Positions 24,001 to 36,000 of a stretch of 64,000 nt of DNA are shown here, one piece after another (position 1 is the first letter of the stretch; every line of letters begins with the position of its first letter). Origin of the DNA: Ascidiella aspersa (taxonomy: Eukaryota); contig OZ004609.1 in NCBI GenBank assembly GCA_963924565.1, forward strand, positions 38,874,001-38,938,000. Reading direction: 5' to 3'. A program made the translations under genes and the position numbers. The notes under the pieces are model-generated. The model worked only from the letters and a program-made list of their open reading frames with translations, had not been told where the DNA came from and ran no database searches.

Positions 24001-27000
24001 TTTAATGACGTCATCTCTAAAAATTTCATACCAACCTTGGCCCACGCGAACTTTGAGAACCTCTTTTCAAGTTTTAAACAAATATTTATGGTTAAAAAGA
24101 TTATCCTTTAAACAGATTTTCATTGTTGTTTTTGTAAAATTTATCTTAGGTTGTGATTGAATTATTAAATCTCGCAGTTTTGCAGTTAGCTGGAAACGAC
24201 AAAAAAATTACACAACCCTGAAGTTTTCTGCCCACCTCCGCATTGTTCCCTCGTGATAAAACATGGAAAACAAATTCTTACACACATTTCTATTATGACG
24301 AACGAAAAATATTTTTGATTAGTTTTGAGGCAGAATTCTATTGATCATTCTAATGACTTAAATTTTATGGCTTAGGAAAAATAAGAAGTAAAATTTAAGT
24401 TTTGCAAAAAGCTGAAAAAAAGAAAGATAGGAATATCGTTTTAAAATTTAGTTTTTAAATTGTTTTTTAGTTGTTCTGTTGAAATAAGAATGAAACCAAC
24501 CAAAGCTTTTAAAAACAAGTAAATTTCACAAAACACTAAAGTTTCCCACCTTCTCGGTCTCTTCGCATTGTTCCCTCATAATCTTCATCTTGTCATCTTC
24601 CTCCTGACTCTTGAGAAGCTTTTCCTCCCGGATGTTGGAGGATCTGAGGATGTTGAGCTCCTCCTCGATCTTGCTCCTCTCCTCCAGGGAGGACTCGATC
24701 CGGATGTTGAGAGCCTTCACCTCCTCCTGGAGTTGTTCCTTGTCTTCCTTGATGCGCTTCATCTGGATCTGCTGGGCGCGAACAATCTTCTTCGCTTTAT
24801 CTTTCTGCGCCTCGAACTTCGTTGCCTGGCAACAAGAAGATGTTCGAGTAAGATGCAGTTACCATGGCATCCGTAAGCATCCCGAAACATCTCAATGTTC
24901 ACTGAAGCTATTTGAAATCTAACCAAGATGACGTCATATTTCACTGAGCAAAATGACGTCACACCGTATGACGAAGTATGACGTCACGTGTTTGTGTCCA
25001 ACGCGTAAGTTTAGAAGCAACACCGAGATTTGAATTGCACTTTATTGTCATTTAAACAGCCTTGAGATTAATTCTTGCTTAAATTTCGTGTTAGTCTTAT
25101 CACAAGAGTCATAATTACGAATAAATTGCGATTGTGGGTCAGTTAAAACAATTTGTGGGGTCAGTTAATGGGTTCCAATCTTAAATAGCTTAATTTATTA
25201 CCAGGACACATATAATGTCAAATCCCCAGGTACCTGATCAGCGATCTGCGCATGCGCGTCCTCCCTGGATCTCTCCAGCTCTTCTTTCAAGCGGGAAACC
25301 TCCTCATTGTTCCCTGACTCCTGGAGGAGAGAGGACTCATCACTCAGCTCCTGGATCTAAGGAGTGATGTAACAAAGGGTGTTCAGGAAAATACAACTTT
25401 CCTCAGTCTATAAACTGAAAATACCGCTTTTAATTTAAAATTGTAAAAAAATATGAAAAAACAGTCACTGACCAACACAGCTAACCGATCAATGCTTTTC
25501 TGATTTAATGCAAATCATCAAAATGCCATGGGCGTAATTGTGGTTTCATTAATGAAACCAAATTCTGGTTTAGTTAAAAACAACGTAAAAATTCTTAAGA
25601 ACCTGAAAAAGAGTTACACATGACAGTTATTGCTTTATTTGCGAACTTTTTGCGCGTAGCAGGATTGCGAATCAGCAATTATGACACAAAATGGCGTATG
25701 TTCCCATTCCCCTCGAGTTGTTGAGGTTGAACAATGAACAGTTTGCGTTCTGTTTTTGCGAAGACGAGACGGACGACGCAATTAACCGAAATAAGTTGAA
25801 TTCTAAAACGTCTGTTAACCGTCTAATTTGTACGAAATATGGCCCTCCAAAATAATTCAATTCTGCTGCGGCTCTTTCTTAACAAAACGTTTTGAACCAA
25901 AAATGAGCCTTTACGTTTTTCTAATTGATTTTAGAATATTTTATTGAACATTATAGTTCGGACAATCTCACCCTACTATTACCATCTTGTCTAAACAATG
26001 CATTTTTACAGTCGTTTTTAAAGGGAATAACTTTGTTTATTTTGTGTATTCGAGATCATATTCTTGGCTCAGTCCTGCAAGACGTTTTTTGTTTCTCATG
26101 AGGCCCCTGTCAGAAGTAACTGCCCGCCCCTAGTTCACTCTAATCTACACAAAAATGGTCCATGGAAGAATATACTTAAATATGTTTTTACCAAAACACC
26201 TGAGATTTTATATTATGAGGTTTAACCAATTGCATCTAAAAGTTCATATTATCCCCGACGTCTATCTCGCGTTGCAATTTGAGGAAGACTCACCTTCTTC
26301 TCAAGATCAAGAGAGGTTTTCATCCACGAATCTTCCTTCATCTTCAATCCCTCCAACTCGGAGCGTTGACCTTCGATGACCTCTGCGCATTATACAACTT
26401 CAGTCCGATAACCGATATTTCGTATCGCGATATAAATGTGACGTCACAAACTACCCAGCTTGAAATTACCGACTTTATTTTTTTATTTTTGAGTTAGTTT
26501 TCAATAAATCAAAAAAATGGGCGATACAAAAATTATCGGACGAGCAACGATATTTAGACCGGGCTTATCGGGCATTTTAAACGCAGTTTTAATTCTTTTG
26601 TTAAAATACCGATTATCGGACGCCGACCGATTCTTTGATATCGTTCGATTCTAATCCATTAACCACAATCAGCCACTTTATGACGTAATCACCTGACAGT
26701 CGCTGTTTGTCGTCACAATGGAGCGACTCGAGCCGCGCGATTTCATTGTCTTTCTGCTTTATGACGTCACTAAGCTCCTGTAGTTGTTGTTCGCGTTCAG
26801 TGATGCGTGACTCGATCATGTGATTCGCTTCGTTGATCTGAAGCAAAAAATGGAAAATTATTTTAAGTTTAAAACAAATATGGTTTTCTGTAAAATTAAA
26901 ACCAAATTCAAATTTGCAAAAAAATAACATTCTTGCTTTTTAAGGAACTTACTGTTGTTGCCATACCTGGTCTCAAATCGTAATGTTTGTTGGAAGTTTT

Positions 27001-30000
27001 AGCATCTCTGTGGTTTCAATATATTTTTATCGAGTGGAGCAACTTTTACAAAATTCGCACAAAATATCCTCAAGTTTAACAAGGAAGCATATTTTTAGAA
27101 GATCGCACATTTCGTTTAAAATGGTGAAAGTTTAAAAACTTTCTTTCCCGATGCTTTAGCTCCAAACATGAATTATTTTAAACTTATTCCAAACCAACCC
27201 TTCGAACAAATATTTTGGTGAGTTTTCTAATTAATTCTAAATCTAGGGAAAACCCCTCCCACCTTTGTAGTAACACACATGAAGAATTTCCACTGCAACC
27301 TTTTACCTGTTGCTCAGTGCGATGAAGCTTTCTTGGTCAGTTTTAAATAAGTTCCTCTGGCGCTTTTTATGCATTCAACCTTTGAACCATTTAATAACTT
27401 ACTTTCAACCAACACAAAAAATTATTCGAGCATTTAAAGCCATTCATCAAGTGTTCCGGAAATAGCTTTTGCGATAGGAAGCCTTTTTATCTTCTAGTTT
27501 AAATTAATATTTGTTGGAATTTTCAGGTAACATGAAATGTGAATTCCACCAAAACCTTTTACTTGCTGCTAAGCGCAATGAAGGTTTCTTGGGGAAGTTT
27601 TAAAGAGGTAGTGGCGCTTTATGCATTTAATCCAGTGATTCTCAACCTTTGATACCTTACGGCATCCCTCAAAAAAAATAAATAAGATTTTCGGCATCCC
27701 GGCTGGAGTTTTCGTTGAGTATTTTAATGAATTGTCCCTATACATGGAACCGGAACAATACAATCAACTTAAAACATGTAGGAAAATGTCATTTGATATA
27801 ATTGTTTCTAATCGTACACAAATGGTTGTATCAAGAAGCTTAACAATTAAGCAAAAAGATTCCTAAAAACTCTCAAATACCTATCAGCACCCTTGTACAT
27901 TGGAAATGGCACGCAAAGGCGTCGTGGAATACAGGCTGAGAACAACTGGTTCAACCCTTTCAACCAACATTAACAATATTTGTTCGAGAAAAAAAGTGTT
28001 CCACGGGGAAGCCCCACCTGTCTCTGGCTCTCCTCCTGAAGAGCTTCCCGGAGTTTGCTCTTCTCCTCCTGGTTCTTCCTCAGTTCCTCTCCCATCCTCC
28101 TCATCATCTCGCTCCTCTCATCCCATTGTTCCCTCCCCACCTCCAGTTGTGAGGAGAGATCGGATCTCAGCTCCTCCAGAGATCGCTCCCGATCCTCGCA
28201 TCCAGCAATCCGATCCTCCAGGATGCTGGAAGATGAAAATATCGGTTTATCCGCGATGTTTCGATCGGAAGAACATAATAAAGCGGGAATGGGGACAAAT
28301 ACAAAATATTAACTTCAACGTCGGAATAAGACTAAAATACGACCAACAACTAATTGTCGGTAGGGTCCGAATGGCTTGAACAAGATCTGAACAACATTTT
28401 ATCTAAGCGTAAGAAACACCCCCCAACTCTCCTAATAATTTCAACCCTATTCTAATATCTAACCCCACCCATTACACACAAATAAACCCAAACAGAACAA
28501 AAAATCCGGTGCCAAAACAGCGGCGCCATTTAGACTAGGGCGTCAAAACGTCGACACCACAACGGCCGAAGTCACACCGGCGGCCCCGATCGTCCCATAC
28601 CCTCCACCTACAATTTAAGGCGCCATTTTGGTCTTATTCTGATTGATTTAGGACTTGTTCCGACGATTTCGATTTTATTGTGTCGTTGGTCTTAATACTA
28701 TAGTATTACAAATTGTTCTGCTTTAGATATTGTTGCTTTGCAGGTCACATTTTGTGCTCGAAACGACAAATTTGTTTTCCGCGATGTTCGCCACGCATTA
28801 AACACAATAGAGGGTGAGGTATGTCGGAAAGCCGTTGAAAAGTTGATCGCGCTTTTTTGAATAATGGACATTAACAAATATCCCCATGAAGACATATTTT
28901 AGGGGAATGCCCACCTGCAGTTTGATTTTAACTCCTCGCAAAGTTTTTCTTTTTCTTGAAATTCTATTTCCAGCTTCTCGAGTTCATTGACCTTAACGAA
29001 ACAGGAGCTTCAAAAAAGGGGAAACACCACTAGGGTCGTACATTTATTCAAAAATAAAAAAAATCGTAATTAATAACAGAGAAGTTTAAATAAATGATAA
29101 AGGTTTACATATATGCTAGCATACTTAAAAATATTTAAAAAGTATGAAGTGAAAATGTAACACAATTAGTTATGGTAACAAGTAATTGTGCCATTAAAAT
29201 AAAAAAACAAGAAATCTTTATAAAAATGTGATTTAAAACCTTCTAAATTTAAAATTAAAAGAAAAAACTTAAAAAATAAAATTATATAGGAAGAGAAAAA
29301 CACAATTTTCACCAAACCTTATTTTGTAGCGATGAAACTTCTTTTTTGGACTCATCCAGTTGACCTTCGACCTCCCTGAGCAAGGCCGTGACCTTTGTGA
29401 CCTCTGCCTCGAGCGCGTGTGCTGCCCCCTGGTGGTGGTGAGCAGATTCCTGGATCTGTGCCTCTAGGTGGCGCGCAAGATCACTCACTTCCTGAGCCTG
29501 AAACAAAATAAAATAAATAATATTGAGAAAGTTGTAAAAATAAATAATTTTGTCAAAATTTTCGGGGTTCCACTCATTTCCATTATTTTATCACTTATTT
29601 TCCATTAAAAAATGTAAATGTTTAAATAAGTCAATATGTCTTGATATTTTAATGGATACAAAAAATAAACTATTTATTGATTTTACGACCCGTGAGCCTT
29701 TCTGTCCTTAAACTAGAAAAGTTGATTACAAACAAAAGCACTATGACGTAACAAGGTTTACTGAATCGGGAAACTTTTAGCCCCCAGCACATTTTTCAAA
29801 GCAACAACTATTGCGAAAAAAAACACTTCAAACTACTCCACGCGGCAATACTTCCAGTGGCGTGAAAATTTAAGCAAAAATTACCGAATATTTTGTAACG
29901 TAAAGCATCTAGAAGTCTAGGAAGCGTTTAAATATTAAGTAAAATAGTTAAAATATTCAAGGTTTTAAGCACATTGAACATGCCTCATTCCCACTAAATC

Positions 30001-33000
30001 AAAACTAAAGCTAAAGGTCCAAAACACACTTAACCCCCACTCCAGGGTTTCTCACCCCTTGTGCCACTGAACACCAGTAGGGGCCCAGCACACAGTATTT
30101 TCATTATTATCGCATAAATATTACAGTTGACTCAATATACCTTACGATCTCTCGCTGCATCCTGGAACAAACAACTGTCATTATCTTTGTAAACTTTCTA
30201 CTGCGCTCTAGTTGTTGCGGTTACAAAAATAAGAAATCTATTAATTTTATCTTAGTCCAGTTAAAGTTAAATTTGTTGTTTTCATTAACTTTAGAGATCT
30301 TCATTTTTCTGAAACGTGAAAAGGGGCCACGACATATGAAGGTTGGCAACACTGGTCTACTTTATAGTTGGCCCCTGACCCAGCATTGACCCCCATTCCG
30401 CCCTGCATCCCGACCACCACCATCATTATACCACCCAAGCTACTAGTACGAGCAAATCATACCCCGGTGGTGAACATAAGAACATCAGGAAAAAACATGG
30501 ACATCTCACAAGTTGTTGAGCTTTGGTAAAACCAACGTGTTTGTTTTAATTGTACTTAGTAATGACCCTATTGGTAGCATATCAGGCAGTTGTATATATC
30601 GTTTGTGATATCAATTACGGAGAATCTTATATTTGGGGCTAAAAAGTTAAAATATTACTTAGGTAATATAAATCAAAAACAGCTCCTCTGGTAATTGTAA
30701 TTGTTAACCAACGTTTCGGCAACCTATACAAGCCGCCTTCGTCAGGGTGATTGACACTGAACGCTCGTACAATAAATGGAAATTACTTAGGTAATGTTAA
30801 AGTCTAAAAAAATTCGCAAATGTCCGGCTCATATACCTCACACAGTATCAGTCAGTCGATAAACCACTTGGTAAATGGAAGTTTGTAAATAAGCACCGAA
30901 CTAAAGCAAACATAGAAGTTGTGGTTTGGCAGGGCAACCTTGCTGGAGTAATACTAACTAACGATTAAGGGAAAGTTGTATGCCGGGCGACTCAGGAAAG
31001 GCTTTTCCCGAATCAGTCGGCCTAATCAGGATTGCGATGCAAGCAAGCCAGGCTAGAAAAACAACTTGCCGGTGGTGAGGTTCGAACTCACGACCTCGAA
31101 CTAACGATTCATTAATAATAATCTTTTTGTTGTTAACATTTGTCTTTCATTGTGTTCCCCTCGCCACGGTCGATTGAGCACTCACCTGTGCGTTAAACTT
31201 TTGCTCTAAGAGAAGAAACTTCTCCCTCTCTGCTCTCACTTCCTCCTCGTGAGCAACTTTCCGCTCATCCAGTTCATGCTGCAACAAAATCACCGTTAGG
31301 GGAAGCACCGAAATCTTTAAACGATAGAAGTGGTCGGGAATTCCTGAGGTCGTGAGTTTGAACTCCACTCAGCAATTAGGAGTAAGCTTGGATTACCGGA
31401 TTTAACAAATTTAATAAGATAACGCGCTAGTCGAAAATTTATTATGGGTATGAAATAGTCAACGAACTTAAGGTAATATATTTTGCAATCACTCATTGTA
31501 GCGGGACTTTGGACTTGACGAAGTTCCACGGCTGATAATAAAGTACTATGCTAAAAACAGCCGAGAGTTGGTAAATACGTTATGAGATACAATTAATAAT
31601 CCTTTACTAACCTGCATTTTAAAACTATATTATTAAAGTGTGCTCGCGCAACTCAAACTGTCGTTAAAACAACAATTGTTTCAAGTGGCCGCGGATGACA
31701 ATACTTGACCCACTCAAACCCCAACTCACCCTAACCCTAATAATGTTAGCAATAACCCCCTGGACAAAACGTGGTAGGATCGTAGACAGGCGTCGGAATA
31801 TTTAAGCGATCAAAGTAACTGACCATGAGCTCCTGCTGCTTTTCATCCTGCTCGTACATCCGGTTGTTGAACGATTCCTGATCCTCTTCCAACTTCCTCC
31901 GAAGAAGATCGCGCTCCTGGGTGAGATCTTCCATCATGGAGGATTGATCCAAAATCTGAGGAGGACATCCCATTGTTACAAATAGATATCCCATTGTTAC
32001 AAATAGACATCCCATTGTTACAAATAGACATCCCATTGTTACAAATAGATATCCCATTGTTACAAATAGACATCCCATTGTTACAAATAGATATCCCATT
32101 GTTACAAATAGACATCCCATTGTTACAAATAGACATCCCATTGTTACAAATAGATATCCCATTGTTACAAATAGATATCCCATTGTTACAAATAGATATC
32201 CCATTGTTACAAATAGATATCCCATTGTTACAAATAGACATCCCATTGTTACAACTAAAGTAGTTTGGGGTTCCGGGTTAGGTTTGAAAATGCTAGTCAT
32301 TAAAACAAAGTTTGTTTGTAATCTATTTGCAATGAGAATAGAGAACTATTATAAGAGCAAAAAGAGGGCAGGGGCGGCTGCTTTTCCTCGTTTCGCTCTG
32401 TCCGCTTCGTTCAGTATTGATCTGGACACAGCAGACGCTAAAGTTGTTGCGTGTATTGGTTGCACCACCTTGTTTCTATAAACATATGTGCTGAACTAGA
32501 GGCAGGATATTTCACGCGCGTTGTACAGTGGTTACTCTACCGTTATTTGATGCAATGCTTAGCAGGTAGAATATTGCAACAGACAAAACTTTATATTTGT
32601 TTTCCTATGGTTTTGTTTGGATAGTGATGATGCTCCCGATCGAAAAGCTAATTTTAAACTTGGTTTAATCTTATTCAGACAGTCTTGGGAAGTTTATTTT
32701 TCAACAATCGCAAAACCTTTCATTTTGCTCGAAATAAAGTATTAGTTTTAAAATAAGGGTTCCCATTAGAACTAAATATATTTACATTTCAAACTTAGAA
32801 CCCGATTTTAGTAAAATATTTTTTTTTATTTTGATCACTGTAAACTTCTCTCCGACGTTTAAGAAATCTTTTAAAAGAAAAGTCTTGCTTAAGCATAGAA
32901 ATCTTACCCATCAGACGTTCCCATGGAAAACAACTATTTTTACATTTAAACTTTAAACTCTGATTTTAGATTAATTTTAAGCCTCTTTTATTAATGCAAA

Positions 33001-36000
33001 GCGTCTTCCACAATTCGATCGCTTCCCTAATTTAAACCAAGATAGAAATCTTACTCACCTGTTTATCTTTCCTCGCGCAGCTCTCATCCGCTTCTCTGAC
33101 TCTAGTCTCCAGCGCAGCCACAAACTCGGCAAGGTCTTTGGCCCGGACCTGCGCCTGCTCTGTGGCGCCCTCGTGCTGTTGGGCCAGGGCGGTCAACTCG
33201 GCGTCCCTCGACCTCAACTCTCCCCTCAACTCCGCCGTCTGTGGGGCAAGAAATGGGTCAGGGGGTGTTTTGTATAAAAATGGTTCAAGGCCAAAGAGTT
33301 CAGTTGGACAGCGCCACTAGCGGATTTTATGGCAAAGGTTTATAAAAAAATTTCTTTAAATAAAAGTAAAATTTCCAAACTACAAAACAGTTAAATGATA
33401 TTTATTTGCTTTTATTATTTTTTTTTAAATTTATAGTAGATTTACCTTTCAGCTTTCACGCTACTTTACGTAAATAAGTTGGGGGCACTTTGCTGGATTT
33501 TATGGCAAAAATGTGGAAGTTTCATTTTAAATGGCACTTGAAAAAAAAATAAATAGCTTTACTATTTAAATACCTGTCGTTATATCTGCCATAATTTAAA
33601 TTAATCTACAAAGATTTAGAATAATTGTATTTTACTTCAATTTCCTGTCTTAACGAAAGACATGTGATAGACTTCTTTATTTATTTGTTTTTCAGTGAGA
33701 ACGAATAATATTCATAATTAGTTTGCATAACAATTTGTTTGTCAACATCTTTTAATTGGATTGAGTATCAAACTAATGGGTTGTCGAATTTTTTTTTTTA
33801 AAGTAAAAAGTAGGTTTAAAACAGAAGTAAGTTTAAATTGAAAATGAAAATTGATTTAAAATTTAGGAAAATAAGGCCTTGAAAAACGGGTGATAAAATT
33901 AAAATATTCAACCAACTTGATAAAAATCAGTCGATCTCGCTCCCCACCTTGGTGTGCTTTGTAACATTTGGTAAAAATAAATAGATGAGTCGTCGAATTT
34001 TGGAAAAAGTAATCAAGTAAAAAAGTAGGTTTAAAACATAAGAAGTAAGTTTAAAGTTTGGAGCATAATGGTTGGAGGATGTAGTATGGCGTAATAAGAA
34101 TAAATAGATGTTGAAAACGAATAAAGAGTTATTCGAAACGTCCTACTTTTATATGGATTTTGATATTCTTATTAAGTTTAAAGTGAAAGTGAAGAATAAT
34201 TCGATTTCACTCCCCACCTTGCTTTGTTCGCGTTCCAGCTCTTCCAAAGCCTCGTTACACTCCCTGCTCTTGTCCGCCATCGAGTGGTTAATACCCTCCA
34301 ATTCCCGACTCGTGTCCCCCAAGTCCTCGCCAAGGGACGAAATCTCCTGTAACGTCATAATAACCATTGTTACGTACGAGAGTTCTGGAACCTCGAACAA
34401 TGCGATGGTTAATGCTTGTTTGACTTATACAGAAAATTAATGTAATAAAATGGATTGATATAGGAACTAGATATCGTGCAAACGATGGATTTTACCACAA
34501 TATTTTCACCAAATCAAAGTTTTATTGACGAACACGGGGACTTCAATGATAACAGACACATATGTGTTTAACAACTGTTATTTAGCCTTTCTGAAGCCGC
34601 GTTTAGACCAACGGATACGGCTTACACATATCGTAAGTATATAATCAGTTGAATAAGTTCCAGGACTTTAATGCAATGGTTTCAATTCTAAAAAAACGCT
34701 TTTCAGGTATCTTTCGTTAGCGTTAATTACTCTGCTAAAATGATATTCTTGCGGACACCGTTATTCGTACATAACTACATCACACCAAAATTAGCTTTAA
34801 TTGAAATAAAAAAAGCTGCTTGGTTTTTAAATACCTAAATTACTTTCTTTGGTGTTTTGAAGCAAAACAGCAAACTGGTTGTAACGAAGTATACAAATCT
34901 AATCACTGTGTGACATCAAATATGTGACCACTAGGTGACAGCACATACCTGGTCTCGTTCCCTGAGCAAACTCTTGAGTCGATCGATTTCTTCGATGGAT
35001 CTCGCGTTTAACGAGTCGTTGTTCTCAGTTGCTTGATCCAGCTCGTGCTGGAGGCTCGCGATCGTCGCGGATGACTGCTTCGACTGGTGCAGAAGTAAAT
35101 ATTTATTTGTGTTTGAAGAAAAATCTTGTTTCTTGTTTTTTACTATTTTTTGGAGACAAAACTAAAATTACTTTAAGGTACATCTTATTAAGAAGAATGT
35201 GGCCCAGATAATAACATTTATTCATTAATCTTGTTTTAAGGAATATTAAAACAGTAGTAATTTGAACAAAGAGGACTTTAGGTTAAAAATCGTTAAATTT
35301 TTTTTTATTAAACTACAAGTAGCCATTACAACTTAAGTTGATGCAAAAGTTGGGTTAAGAAAAATATTTCATATTTTGCTAACTTTTTCTAAACTTGGTT
35401 ACTAAAAACAAATGATGAAATGATAAATGAGCAATTAATTTGACAAACCTGTTCAATCAGCAATTCATTTTCTTCACGTAAACTTGAAATCTTTGATTTT
35501 AATTCAGGAATTTCAAATTCACATTTTTCTTTCTCGTTTTGAATTACGGCCAATTCTTCCATTTTGGCCTGGAACAACAATCAACGTTGTTTTACGAGAG
35601 TCATGATGATATGCATAAAATTAAATGTGAATACAACAATTTACACCAAATGCTACAACATTATATATATATGTATATATTGCACTAATATTATATGCTT
35701 TAAATTGCAAACTCATATTGTAAGCAACTAAATCTGAAGATATTACTAAAGGATGATTTAATTTTTCAATGTGACAACACGGTTCAGCTAGAATTAACTC
35801 CTTAAAATGATGTCAGCCTTTTAGTTGCAGCTTAATTTATTTTTAGATATGTGATACCAGGGTCGCTTCTTGCCAAAAAGTTTTATGAATAAATTAAAAT
35901 CTTTAAAAATTAAGGTTTTTTAAAGACTGTTCAATTATCAAATTAATACAAAGATATAAGACCTTTAAACTTTCAAAGACTGTGACGACACTAAATACAA

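Noticed and set aside
16225-24922. Plus-strand Ser/Phe/Leu-rich ORFs overlapping the large exons (also 28055, 46482, 48472-49956)
   Set aside because: Antisense shadows of Glu/Lys/Gln-rich coiled-coil codons.
31075-31365. Inverted B-box fragments flanking exon 31278-31186 as a regulatory duplex
   Set aside because: Only ~18 nt of complementarity; too short to support a claim.
31964-32254. CRISPR array or independent repeat proteins (ORFs 31843-32241, 31973-32263)
   Set aside because: No spacers and a eukaryotic context; the ORFs arise simply because the 21-nt unit is stop-free in several frames.
32323-32475. Alternative terminal exon (KQGG...RPCPLFALIIVLYSHCK*) giving a second membrane anchor
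   Set aside because: The acceptor and phase fit, but the hydrophobic stretch is only ~10 aa, another frame is equally open, and there is no homology support.
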